Below are positions 50,647-61,307 of a DNA stretch of 64,000 bases, one piece after another. The stretch covers positions 1-64,000 of the forward strand of contig JAUCBJ010009115.1 in assembly GCA_032718475.1 (NCBI GenBank), read 5' to 3'. The translations under genes and the position numbers were made by a program. Source of the DNA: Nemertoderma westbladi. Taxonomy: Eukaryota; Animalia; Xenacoelomorpha. How positions within the stretch are numbered: position 1 is the first letter of the stretch; every line of letters begins with the position of its first letter. The notes under the pieces were generated by a model. It saw nothing but the letters and a program-made list of their open reading frames with translations. It searched no databases and was not told the origin of the DNA.

Positions 50647-50922
50647 ATCGATGAAATGAGAGAGAAAGACAAGTACATAACGTTCTTGGAGAAAGAACTG
50701 GGAAAACATTCCAACGACTTTCTGTTTCTCTTAAATCAACGGGATTCCGGGAAGAAATCTTTCAATTCCTTCCTGGACGCGCTGACCAACCGGAGTAGAA
50801 GTCGATCGGTGCAGCGAGCGCCCCGGAGTATGAGCAGAAGTCCGGGGAGGTTCGGGATCGGGAACTTTCCGAGTCCGGTTCGGTTCGGTAGCAAACCTAG
50901 TCGGTCGTTGAGTCGGACGAAG
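50647..50922 (+). CDS. JAKMIP-like: JAKMIP-family-like protein, coding exon 6
   Basis: tttcag|IDEMREKDKYITFLEKELGKH...RSRSRSVQRAPRSMSRSPGR...SRTK|gtgagt. The start matches recalled MDEIKGKDRVILALEKELG, followed by an R/S-rich segment. Confidence 0.9.
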
Positions 50923-51031
50923 GTGAGTCGGTTACCATGGCAGCATAGAAAGTATGAAAGGTACAAACGCGATAAAACAAGTTGTATTTAGAAATCAGAT
51001 GGTGAATTCCGAGTAATAAATTATTTTACAG

Positions 51032-51151
51032 ACCTATTCTTATGATGACGACAAATCGCGACGCGTTCAGAACAAAATGGCGGAACTTAAAGTGAATAAC
51101 TACAGATTGGAAGCAGCCAATCAGGATCTTCGAGACTACATTAACCAATTA
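51032..51151 (+). CDS. JAKMIP-like: JAKMIP-family-like protein, coding exon 7
   Basis: tttacag|TYSYDDDKSRRVQNKMAELKVNNYRLEAANQDLRDYINQL|gtaagt. Phase 0/0 with a heptad pattern. Confidence 0.85.
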
Positions 51152-51168
51152 GTAAGTAAATATGGAAT

Positions 51169-51585
51169 ATCTAATCTAATATATATAAATCTGCTCAGTT
51201 TGTATGTAAATTTGTATGTAAATTTGTATGTATGTATGTCCATCGATACACGTCGTCAGATTTCGCTCTCACTACTTGCTTTGTGGCTCATTCGATGCGT
51301 ATTAACACGATGCAGACAGCTGTCACTGTCTCCGGGTTTTATTTTACACGTTTGTTTGCGTGAATGCGTATTTTGTGTTCGTTTGGACGAAATTTATCGA
51401 ATTATTTCGGTTCTTCAATCGGTAATAAACTATTTAGGAGAGTAACATAAATATGACATATGAATATAATAAATATGACATATTCACCAAGCACGATCGA
51501 ATTGGCCTATTGTTAGTGAATAGGGAAGGATTTTTTCTGTATCATAGCAACGTTAAGGTAATTATTGAACTCGCAGCTAGCTGGT
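51169..51585 (+). mobile_element. Possible non-autonomous Helitron-like element
   Basis: Starts ATCTAATCTAATATATATAAA followed by a (GTAT)n-type microsatellite, the same 5' architecture as the element at 51780. The 3' end is uncertain. Confidence 0.35.
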
Positions 51586-51779
51586 CACAGATAAGGAGCA
51601 AGCCAGGCTGGAGTGTTGATTAGGGTGGGTTGTCTGTGCGAACTGTCCAAGAGTAATTCTGCTTTCTCTATCAATGGCTGCATGGAAGGAGAGGTTTATA
51701 ACAGTTTAGCTATTTTATTGTTTTACTGTAGTAAAGTGATTATTTCTGTAGGCCTTCTTACTGTATTATTATTATTTTA

Positions 51780-53063
51780 TCTAATCTAATATACCGGTAT
51801 ATAAAAATCAATTGTCTGTGTGTCTGTTTGTCATCGGCTATACAATCGAACCATCTCGATGAAATCTCGCTTGCTATAGCTCGTTAGAAAGGTCTCCCCC
51901 TAACTCGTTGCAACGTAATATTCAGAGCCGTATGAAGTTCCGCCATCTGCCGCTAGAGGGTGAATTGCCTTAAGTGAAAATCTTCTCTAACTTTGTTATT
52001 TACAATCCGTTTAAGATAAAACTTTGCAGGTGTCTAATTTAGCCAACACTGCATTTTTACAGAGACGCAGATAAATCTGCATTTCTCCAATCTGCCGCTA
52101 GAGGGTGAAATCACTGAAAGTGACCACCTTCTCCAACTTCGTTATTTACAATCCGTTTAGACTGGTACTTGGTAGGCCTATATTACAGCTATATCTTTAT
52201 GGAGTCTTAGAGTCGTATACGGTTCCCCTGTCTGCCGCTAGAGGGCGAATTGTCTGATAGTGAAAACCTGATCTCATTTCGTTGTTTTTAATTCTATTCA
52301 GCTGAAACTTGGTAGGTATCTACTACAGCATAGGCTCAATCTTTACGGAGTCGCTGAGTCGTCTATAATTCCCCAGTCTTCAGCTAGAGGGCGAAATGTC
52401 TGAAAGTGAACATCTTCTCCAACTTTGTTATTTACTGTCCGTTTAGACTGAAACTTGGTAGGCATCTATTACAGCATAGGCTATAACTTTATGGAGTCTT
52501 AAGAGTCGTCTACAGATCCCCGTCTACCGCTAGAGGGCGAATTGTCTGGTAGTGAAACCTGATCTCATTTGGTTGTTTTTAATCCTTTTCAGCTGAAACT
52601 TGGTAGGTATCTACTACAGCATAGGCTCAATCTTTCCGGAGTCGCTGAGTCGTCTCTAGTTCCCCAGTCTGCAGCTAGAGGGCGAAATGTCTCAAAGTGA
52701 ACATTTTCTCGAAATTTTGTTATTTACATCTGTTTAAGCTGAAAACTGACAAGCAGGCATATTACTTCACTTTACCATAAACTCCATCTTTACACAACTG
52801 CAGCGCCATCTGCATTTCAAGCAGTCTGCAGGTAGAGGGTAAAATGTCCGAAAGTGATCATTTTCTCGAAATTAGGTTATATACTATAAGCCGAAGCTAA
52901 AGTTGAAACTTGACAGTTATCTCCTATGGGGTGGTGTTTTATTTTATGATGGTGTCTGTTTTGTTGTAGTTCTCCAATCTGCGACACATTTCTCCACACA
53001 TATTCATATATCCTCTGCACGTGCACTAGAAAGCTGTGGCCCGAAGGGCCACAGGCTTTTTAG
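51780..53063 (+). mobile_element. Non-autonomous Helitron-like element with about seven internal 145-bp repeats
   Basis: A|TC start and TGTCTG microsatellite. GC hairpin CTGTGGCCC-GAA-GGGCCACAG at 53034-53054 followed by TTAG|T. No TSD. GCTAGAGGG-type marker every 140-157 bp. Confidence 0.7.
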
Positions 53064-53279
53064 TTTATATAATAAATTTATAAAAACTAGAATTTAAACA
53101 GAACCATTAAGTATAATTGAGCCGAAATTACTGTAAGCCTATATTTAATTAACCACAGATAATGATATGATAATATGATAATTTGATAATTCGAAATTGC
53201 ATTTTAAGAACGTAAAACGAAAAATGTAAATAAATATAATTATGAATAATTGGAAATCTTTTTTTATGTCTGGAATGAA

Positions 53280-56200
53280 GGAATGCCTGTTCACCGCCAT
53301 AGGTGATCTTCCACAGTAAACCCTAACACTCTGTTTCTTAAAGGAATGCCTGTTCACCATCATGGGTGATCTTCCACAGTAAACCCTTCCACTCTGTTTC
53401 CTAACGGAGTGCCTGTTCACCACCATTGGTGATCTTCCTCAGTAAACCCTTCCACTCTGTTTCCTAACGGAGTGCCTGTTCACCACCATTGGTGATCTTC
53501 CACAGTAAACCCTTCCACTCTGTTTCCTAAAGGAATGTCTGTTCACCACCATGGGTGATCTTCCACTGTAAACCCTAACACTCTGTTTCTTAAAGGAATG
53601 CCTGTTCACCACCATGGGTGATCTTCCTCAGTAAACCTTTCCACTCTGTTTCCTAAAGGAATGCCTGTTCACCGCCATAGGTGATCTTCCACAGTAAACC
53701 CTAACACTCTGTTTCTTAAAGGAATGCCTGTTCACCGCCATAGGTGATCTTCCACAGTAAACCCTAACACTCTGTTTCTTAAAGGAATGCCTGTTCACCA
53801 CCATGGGTGATCTTCCTCAGTAAACCTTTCCACTCTGTTTCCTAAAGGAATGCCTGTTCACCGCCATAGGTGATCTTCCACAGTAAACCCTAACACTCCG
53901 TTTCTTAAAGGAATGCCTGTTCACCACCATGGGTGATCTTCCACAGTAAACCCTTCCACTCTGTTTCCTAAAGGAATGTCTGTTCACCACCATGGGTGAT
54001 CTTCCACTGTAAACCCTAACACTCTGTTTCTTAAAGGAATGCCTGTTCACCACCATGGGTGATCTTCCTCAGTAAACCTTTCCACTCTGTTTCCTAAAGG
54101 AATGCCTGTTCACCGCCATAGGTGATCTTCCACAGTAAACCTAACACTCTGTTTCTTAAAGGAATGCCTGTTCACCACCATGGGTGATCTTCCACAGTAA
54201 ACCCTTCCACTCTGTTTCCTAAAGGAATGCCTGTTCACCGCCATAGGTGATCTTCCACAGTAAACCCTAACACTCTGTTTCTTAAAGGAATGCCTGTTCA
54301 CCACCATGGGTGATCTTCCACAGTAAACCCTTCCACTCTGTTTCCTAAAGGAATGCCTGTTCACCGCCATAGGTGATCTTCCACAGTAAACCCTAACACT
54401 CTGTTTCTTAAAGGAATGCCTGTTCACCACCATGGGTGATCTTCCTCAGTAAACCTTTCCACTCTGTTTCCTAAAGGAATGCCTGTTCACCGCCATAGGT
54501 GATCTTCCACAGTAAACCCTAACACTCTGTTTCTTAAAGGAATGCCTGTTCACCACCATGGGTGATCTTCCTCAGTAAACCTTTCCACTCTGTTTCCTAA
54601 AGGAATGCCTGTTCACCGCCATAGGTGATCTTCCACAGTAAACCCTAACACTCTGTTTCTTAAAGGAATGCCTGTTCACCACCATGGGTGATCTTCCACA
54701 GTTAACCCTTCCACTCTGTTTCCTAAAGGAATGTCTGTTCACCACCATGGGTGATCTTCCACAGTAAACCCTAACACTCTGTTTCTTAAAGGAATGCCTG
54801 TTCACCACCATGGGCGATCTTCCTCAGTAAACCTTTCCACTCTGTTTCCTAAAGGAATGCCTGTTCACCGCCATAGGTGATCTTCCACAGTAAACCCTAA
54901 CACTCTGTTTCTTAAAGGAATGCCTGTTTACCACCATGGGTGATCTTCCACAGTAAACCCTTCCACTCTGTTTCCTAAAGGAATGCCTGTTCACCGCCAT
55001 AGGTGATCTTCCACAGTAAACCCTAACACTCTGTTTCTTAAAGGAATGCCTGTTCACCACCATGGGTGATCTTCCTCAGTAAACCTTTCCACTCTGTTTC
55101 CTAAAGGAATGCCTGTTCACCGCCATAGGTGATCTTCCACAGTAAACCCTAACACTCTGTTTCTCTTAAAGGAATGCCTGTTCACCACCATGGGTGATCT
55201 TCCTCAGTAAACCTTTCCACTCTGTTTCCTAAAGGAATGCCTGTTCACCGCCATAGGTGATCTTCCACAGTAAACCCTTCCACTCTGTTTCCCAAAGGAA
55301 TGCCTGTTCACCACCATGAGTGATCTTCCACAGTAAACCCTAACACTCTGTTTCTTAAAGGAATGCCTGTTCACCACCATGGGTGATCTTCCTCAGTAAA
55401 CCTTTCCACTCTGTCTCCTAAAGGAATGCCTGTTCACCGCCATAGGTGATCTTCCACAGTAAACCCTAACACTCTGTTTCTTAAAGGAATGCCTGTTCAC
55501 CACCATGGGTGATCTTCCACAGTAAACCCTTCCACTCTGTTCCCTAAAGGAATGCCTGTTCACTACCATGGGTGATCCTAACCCTTCCACTCTGTTTCTT
55601 AAAGAAATGTCTGTTCACCGCCATAGGTGATCTTCCACAGTAAACCCTAACACTCTGTTTCTTAAAGGAATGCCTGTTCACCACCATGGGTGATCTTCCA
55701 CAGTAAACCCTTCCACTCTGTTTCCTAAAGGAATGTCTGTTCACCACCATGGGTGATCTTCCACAGTAAACCCTAACACTCTGTTTCTTAAAGGAACGCC
55801 TGTTCACCACCATGGGTGATCTTCCACAGTAAACCCTTCCACTCTGTTTCCTAAAGGAATGTCTGTTCACCACCATGGGTGATCTTCCACAGTAAACCCT
55901 AACACTCTGTTTCTTAAAGGAATGCCTGTTCACCACCATGGGTGATCTTCCACATTAAACCGTTCCACTCTGTTTCCTAACGGAGTGCCTGTTCACCACC
56001 ATTGGTGATCTTCCACAGTAAACCCTAACACTCTGTTTCTTAAAGGAATGCCTGTTCACCACCATGGGTGATCTTCCACAGTAAACCCTTCCACTCTGTT
56101 TCCTAACGGAGTGCCTGTTCACCACCATTGGTGATCTTCCACAGTAAACCCTAACACTCTGTTTCTTAAAGGAATGCCTGTTCACCACCATGGGTGATCT

Positions 56201-58262
56201 TCCACAGTAAACCCTAACACTCTGTTTCTTAAAGGAATGCCTGTTCACCACCATGGGTGATCTTCCCCAGTAAACCCTTCCACTCTGTTTCTTAAAGGAA
56301 TGCCTGTTCACCACCATGGGTGATCTTCCACAGTAAACCCTTCCACTCTGTTTCCTAAAGGAATATCTGTTCACCACTATGGGTGATCTTCCACAGTAAA
56401 CCCTAACACTCTGTTTCTTAAAGGAATGCCTGTTCACCACCATGGGTGATCTTCCACAGTAAACCCTAACACTCTGTTTCTTAAAGAAATGCCTGTTCAC
56501 CACCATGGGTGATATTCCACAGTAAACCCTAACACTCTGTTTCTTAAAGGAATGCCTGTTCACCACCATGGGTGATCTTCCACAGTAAACCCTTCCACTC
56601 TGTTTCTTAAAGGAATGCCTGTTCACCACCATGGGTGATCTTCCACAGTAAACCCTAACACTCTGTTTCTTAAAGGAATGCCTGTTCACCACCATGGGTG
56701 ATCTTCCACAGTAAACCCTTCCACTCTGTTTCCTAAAGGAATGTCTGTTCACCACCATGGGTGATCTTCCACAGTAAACCCTAACACTCTGTTTCTTAAA
56801 GGAATGCCTGTTCACCACCATGGGTGATCTTCCACAGTAAACCCTAACACTCTGTTTCTTAAAGGAATGCCTGTTCACCACCATGGATGGGTGATCTTCC
56901 ACAGTAAACCCTTCCACTCTGTTTCCTAAAGGAATGCATGTTCACCGCCATGGGTGATCTTCCACAGCAAACCCTTCCACTCAGTTTCCTAACGGAGTGC
57001 CTGTTCACCACCATTGGTGATCTTCCACAGTAAATCCTAACACTCTGTTTCTTAAAGGAATGCCTGTTCACCACCATGGGTGATCTTCCACAGTAAACCC
57101 TTCCACTCTGTTTCTTAAAGGAATGCCTGTTCACCACCATGGGTGATCTTCCACAGTAAACCCTTACACTCTGTTTCCTAACGGAGTGCCTGTTCACCAC
57201 CATTGGTGATCTTCCACAGTAAACCCTTCCACTCTGTTCCCTAAAGGAATGCCTGTTCACTACCATGGGTGATCCTAACCCTTCCACTCTGTTTCTTAAA
57301 GAAATGTCTGTTCACCACCATGGGTGATCTTCCACAGTAAACCCTTCCACTCTGTTTCTTAAAGGAATGCCCGTTCACCACCATGGGTGATCTTCCACAG
57401 TAAACCCTTCCACTCTGTTCCCTAAATGAATCTCTGTTTACCTCCATGGGTGATCTTCCAGAGTAAACCCTTCCACTCTTTTCCCTAAATGAATGTCTGT
57501 TTACCTACATTGGTGATCTTCCACAGTAAACCCTTCCATTCTGTTTCCCAAAGGAATGCCTGTTCAGCCACCATGGGTGATCTTCCACAGTAAATCCCTC
57601 CACTCTGTTTCCTAAGGGAATGCATTTTCACCACCATGGGTGATCTTCCACAGTAAACCCTTCCACTCTGTTCCCTAAAGGAATGCCTGTTCACTACCAT
57701 GGGCGATCCTAACCCTTCCACTCTGTTTCTTAAAGAAATGTCTGTTCACCACCATGGGTGATCTTCCACAGTAAACCCTTCCACTCTGTTTCTTAAAGGA
57801 ATGCCCGTTCACCACCATGGGTGATCTTCCACAGTAAACCCTTCCACTCTGTTCCCTAAATGAATCTCTGTTTACCTCCATGGGTGATCTTCCACAGTAA
57901 ACCCTTCCACTCTGTTTCCTAAATGAATGTCTGTTTACCTCCATTGGTGATCTTCCACAGTAAACCCTTCCACTCTGTTTCCCAAAGGAATGCCTGTTCA
58001 GCCACCATGGGTGATCTTCCACAGTAAATCCCTCCACTCTGTTTCCTAAGGGAATGCATTTTCACCACCATGGGTGATCTTCCACAGTAAACCCTTCCAT
58101 TCTGTTTCCCAAAGGAATGCCTGTTCAGCCACCATGGGTGATCTTCCACAGTAAATCCCTCCACTCTGTTTCCTAAGGGAATGCATTTTCACCACCATGG
58201 GTGATCTTCCACAGTAAACCCTTCTACTCTGTTTCCTAAAGGAATGCCTGTTCACCACCATA
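53280..58262. repeat. 5-kb 63-bp tandem array (about 79 units) in intron 7
   Basis: Unit GGAATGCCTGTTCACCACCATGGGTGATCTTCCACAGTAAACCCT(AA/TC)CACTCTGTTTC(T/C)TAAA. Two subtypes mostly alternate, and units diverge more at the right end. Confidence 0.97.
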
Positions 58263-58350
58263 GGATCAAAGCCGGGGTTGGGCTAAGCTGCATTTAAAAC
58301 ACTGCTGCCCCATCTAGGGATCGAACCAAGGCCTACTGATTGGAAACTAA
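58263..58350 (-). mobile_element. 5'-truncated tRNA-derived SINE head abutting the 63-bp array
   Basis: Minus strand TTTCCAATCAGTAGGCCTTGGTTCGATCCCTAG has an anticodon-loop-like TTCCAA and a B box (58317-58327). No A box seen. Confidence 0.45.
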
Positions 58351-58544
58351 GGAATATTGTTTATTATTTATACAAAGATTGACTAAGTACCCTTCAACCA
58401 TTTACCGAAAGACTGACATACCGAACAACATTTATTATTTCATATTTTGCACATGCAACATTGTATCGGCTTACTATTGCCCTGTAAAGTACAATAATTA
58501 AATTTTACATATTATATAGGAACACATTTGATTTCCCCCAATAG

Positions 58545-58704
58545 TGTCGGCAGCTAGAGGAAGTGGGCGGTGTAGTTCCCTCCCAGACACCATTCTGTCT
58601 CAGAGACACCTCCACCTCCGGTGGATCTACGCCCATGTTCACTCCAATAACCGCTATACATCGCCTGAACACTTCAGTGGATGAGGTCTTTAGTTACCCC
58701 ACAG
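58545..58704 (+). CDS. JAKMIP-like: JAKMIP-family-like protein, coding exon 8
   Basis: tttcccccaatag|CRQLEEVGGVVPSQTPFCLRDTSTSGGSTPMFTPITAIHRLNTSVDEVFSYPT+G|gttagt. Phase 0 in and phase 1 out fit both neighbours. GC-richer than the flanks. Confidence 0.75.
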
Positions 58705-60099
58705 GTTAGTTGTAATGCCTTAACCGCTGGTTGGTACCAGTTATTAAATATTGACAATTATTAAAGACTAATCTAATTGTGGTTCCGCATGTTATGTATT
58801 CATTAGCATATTATTTAATTTGAGACATGTGGTAGGCCTACCAAAATACAGTAGGCCCTAATACTGTAGGCATGGTACGTTCCGGCTACCGTTATCACAG
58901 TATGTCAGAAGTACATTCCTTTGTACTGTATAACTTTCCCCTTTTGGTAGACCCCCTAATCATACTAAATTCACCGTGCTTAAAAACAGGGAAGCACTAA
59001 TTGAATTTGGGACGTGCTGTAAGTAGGAAAAGGATCGGGTTACGGATTGGGGGAACCAAAACAATAAACTACAATTAAAACATGTTACAAGATTATGCAG
59101 GTTAGTTAAGGGTTAAAAAATCATGAAAATACTGAATTTTGCAGATAGTGGCGCACATTGACGGCAAGTGAAAATTGTGATCGTCAGCGCAAATTGTCCG
59201 CAAGGAAAATAAAGTATCGTTTATTGTTTTGTTTAGAAAGCACGGCCACTATAATAAAATTTTTCAATTTTTGTGTTTGCGGTCATTTTGCGACATTGTT
59301 TCGAATTTTGACAGCATTGCTCCGTGGTGTGGGAGAAATACTGTAGCTCTTAAGAAGGAGAGTTTCCCCATGATTATATTTGCCTCCCCGGCTAAAGTGT
59401 AAGTAGGCCCTAACAACTAACTGCCCGGGGGGGGGGGGGGGGGGTGTCTACAGGGGATGAGTTAACATACAACACCGGTACAAGAGCAGTAGTGTAGTTC
59501 ACTCCTACATTAGTGGTCAAGGAAATGGTTTCAACATAACATTTATGTAGGCCTATCTGTACACGCTCGTGGGGCCTTCGTGCAGCACGAGGCTCAGTTA
59601 TGAGATACAAATTAAAATTGGGCAATTCTATCACAAAATCGGTATTTAAGAAATTAACCAAACCGCAAATACATCATAGAGGGGAAAGTTGCTCGCTTTC
59701 AACCCCCTCTTAATCTGCACCCCAACCCAAAGGCGCACAGACAGAGGATTGATGGCAGGCAGGTATTAACAGAAAATTGGTGTTTTAGAAGTAATATATT
59801 TTAGGTGTGGAGGCGACCCAATTTGTAAGAATTATTATAACTTACAGTACTACAATACCTTATGCCGTTTAGTATTGATACTGAAATATTAATTTACCAT
59901 GTCGATGTCTCAACAAAATTATTTAGCTATATTTATTCTACAGAATCTCCATTAAATACTCGGCCAATCATTTTGCGAGATAAACAATAAGCAAGCTGTG
60001 TTATTAGTCTGTGGCCTAACACTATTGCCTGTCCTACATAATTAAACTTTGCTGGAATCGTGGTGAGGCGGAACTGGTTGGACTGATTCATAGCCCGTC

Positions 60100-60660
60100 A
60101 AACACACCGGATGTGTTTTAGCACATATCTGAGAAGTACGTTTCAGCTAAATCAGTGATTGCACTTTGAGATATATCGTCCTCTAGCGGCAGCCTAGAGA
60201 ACTGCAGACAGATGAGCCTCCTTTGAATGACACAGTTAATGATGTAGTACAAATATGCCAAGTTTCAGCTAGAACGGGTTTAAAGCAAAGAAATGTGAGG
60301 ATATTTAATGTCTAGACATGTAGCCCTCTAGCGAGACACTGATGATTTGATGGTATCTGAAAGTCCCCAAAGAAACTAAACTTATGGTCTTATTGATGCC
60401 TAACTAATTTTCAACTCTACAGCGTTAAATCCGACGAAGTTATAAGTAAGCCAAAATCGTAGCGTCAATGATGACATACAGTAACATTATTGAATGAACT
60501 ATTTGCCATAATAATTGAGCTACCCCCCTAAGAGATAGCGTCAGTTCGCAAAGGCTCCGCCAACTTCGTGGCTCGGACCCTATACCCCATGCTATAAATG
60601 TATTCGTTCGATATACAATCATACATTAAGCCGCTAGGTGGTGTCAAATTATTATTCTGC
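60100..60660 (-). mobile_element. Decayed relative of the 145-bp-repeat element, opposite orientation
   Basis: CCTCTAGCG at about 60180 and 60325 (same spacing) and AAGTTTCAGCT-like segments are reverse complements of motifs in 51940-52860. Confidence 0.4.
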
Positions 60661-61083
60661 AATTTTGTACTTGTACAGTACAGCAGTACCGTACCGGTAG
60701 GCAGTAGGCCTATTGCTTTGGAGTCTCTAGTGGATCCCCAATTAGATGTCAATCAATTTCGTAAAAGATAGACTTTATGATTCTCTACAAGCAACCAAAA
60801 TTTCAGCTCTGGAAAATAAAGCGTTCCCGAGAAATTTAACAATTTCTAAAAACCACATACAGTAATCTGTCGTAGCTGACGTCAGACTTTACAAAAGTTT
60901 GACACCAAACTTTACAAATTTTCTAAACATTCCCTCTAATACTAAGTATGGTTTAACTCCGAACCAGCAATGCCGCGAAATTTGCGATCAAACATTTACC
61001 AGCCAGACGGAAATGCTCCATTTGCCCTATAAACAAATACTGTACAGTGTAATAGACTCACCCGTTATATTTAATGCTTTCAG

Positions 61084-61307
61084 TTGACCATCCAAGGCCA
61101 TACCACTTGTCTCCAGGGACCAGTAGGCGGAGGGGCGGCAGTAGGTCCAGGTCCCGTTCGCCCATGGTAACCGGTAAACCAAAACTGCCAACACAACCCA
61201 TTACTATGGTGGACGTTGAAAAAGAAATGCTCCGACTAAAAAACCACTTCCATGATCAATTCGCGACCATACAAGAAATAACAGATACAATTCCAGCAGA
61301 CCCTGAT
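61084..61307 (+). CDS. JAKMIP-like: JAKMIP-family-like protein, coding exon 9 (to the first of 60 possible donors; frame stays open to the window end)
   Basis: tttcag|TT+DHPRPYHLSPGTSRRRGGSRSRSRSPMVTGKPKLPTQPITMVDVEKEMLRLKNHFHDQFATIQEITDTIPADPD|gtaagt. Phase 1 in. Missing from the ORF track, presumably because no stop is reached inside the window. Confidence 0.78.

Noticed and set aside
53145-58261. MVVNRHSFKKQSVRVYCGRSP repeat ORFs
   Set aside because: Repeatedly broken by stops and frameshifts. They are a translation artefact of a 63-bp unit.
58520-58544. Alternative acceptor for exon 8 at 58519
   Set aside because: All three frames hit a stop within about 40 nt. The acceptor at 58544 gives an open, phase-compatible exon.
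678-59444. Six long poly-G or poly-C tracts (near 678, 15796, 21199, 21642, 41861 and 59426)
   Set aside because: Simple homopolymers of uncertain assembled length, with no positional pattern to support a function.
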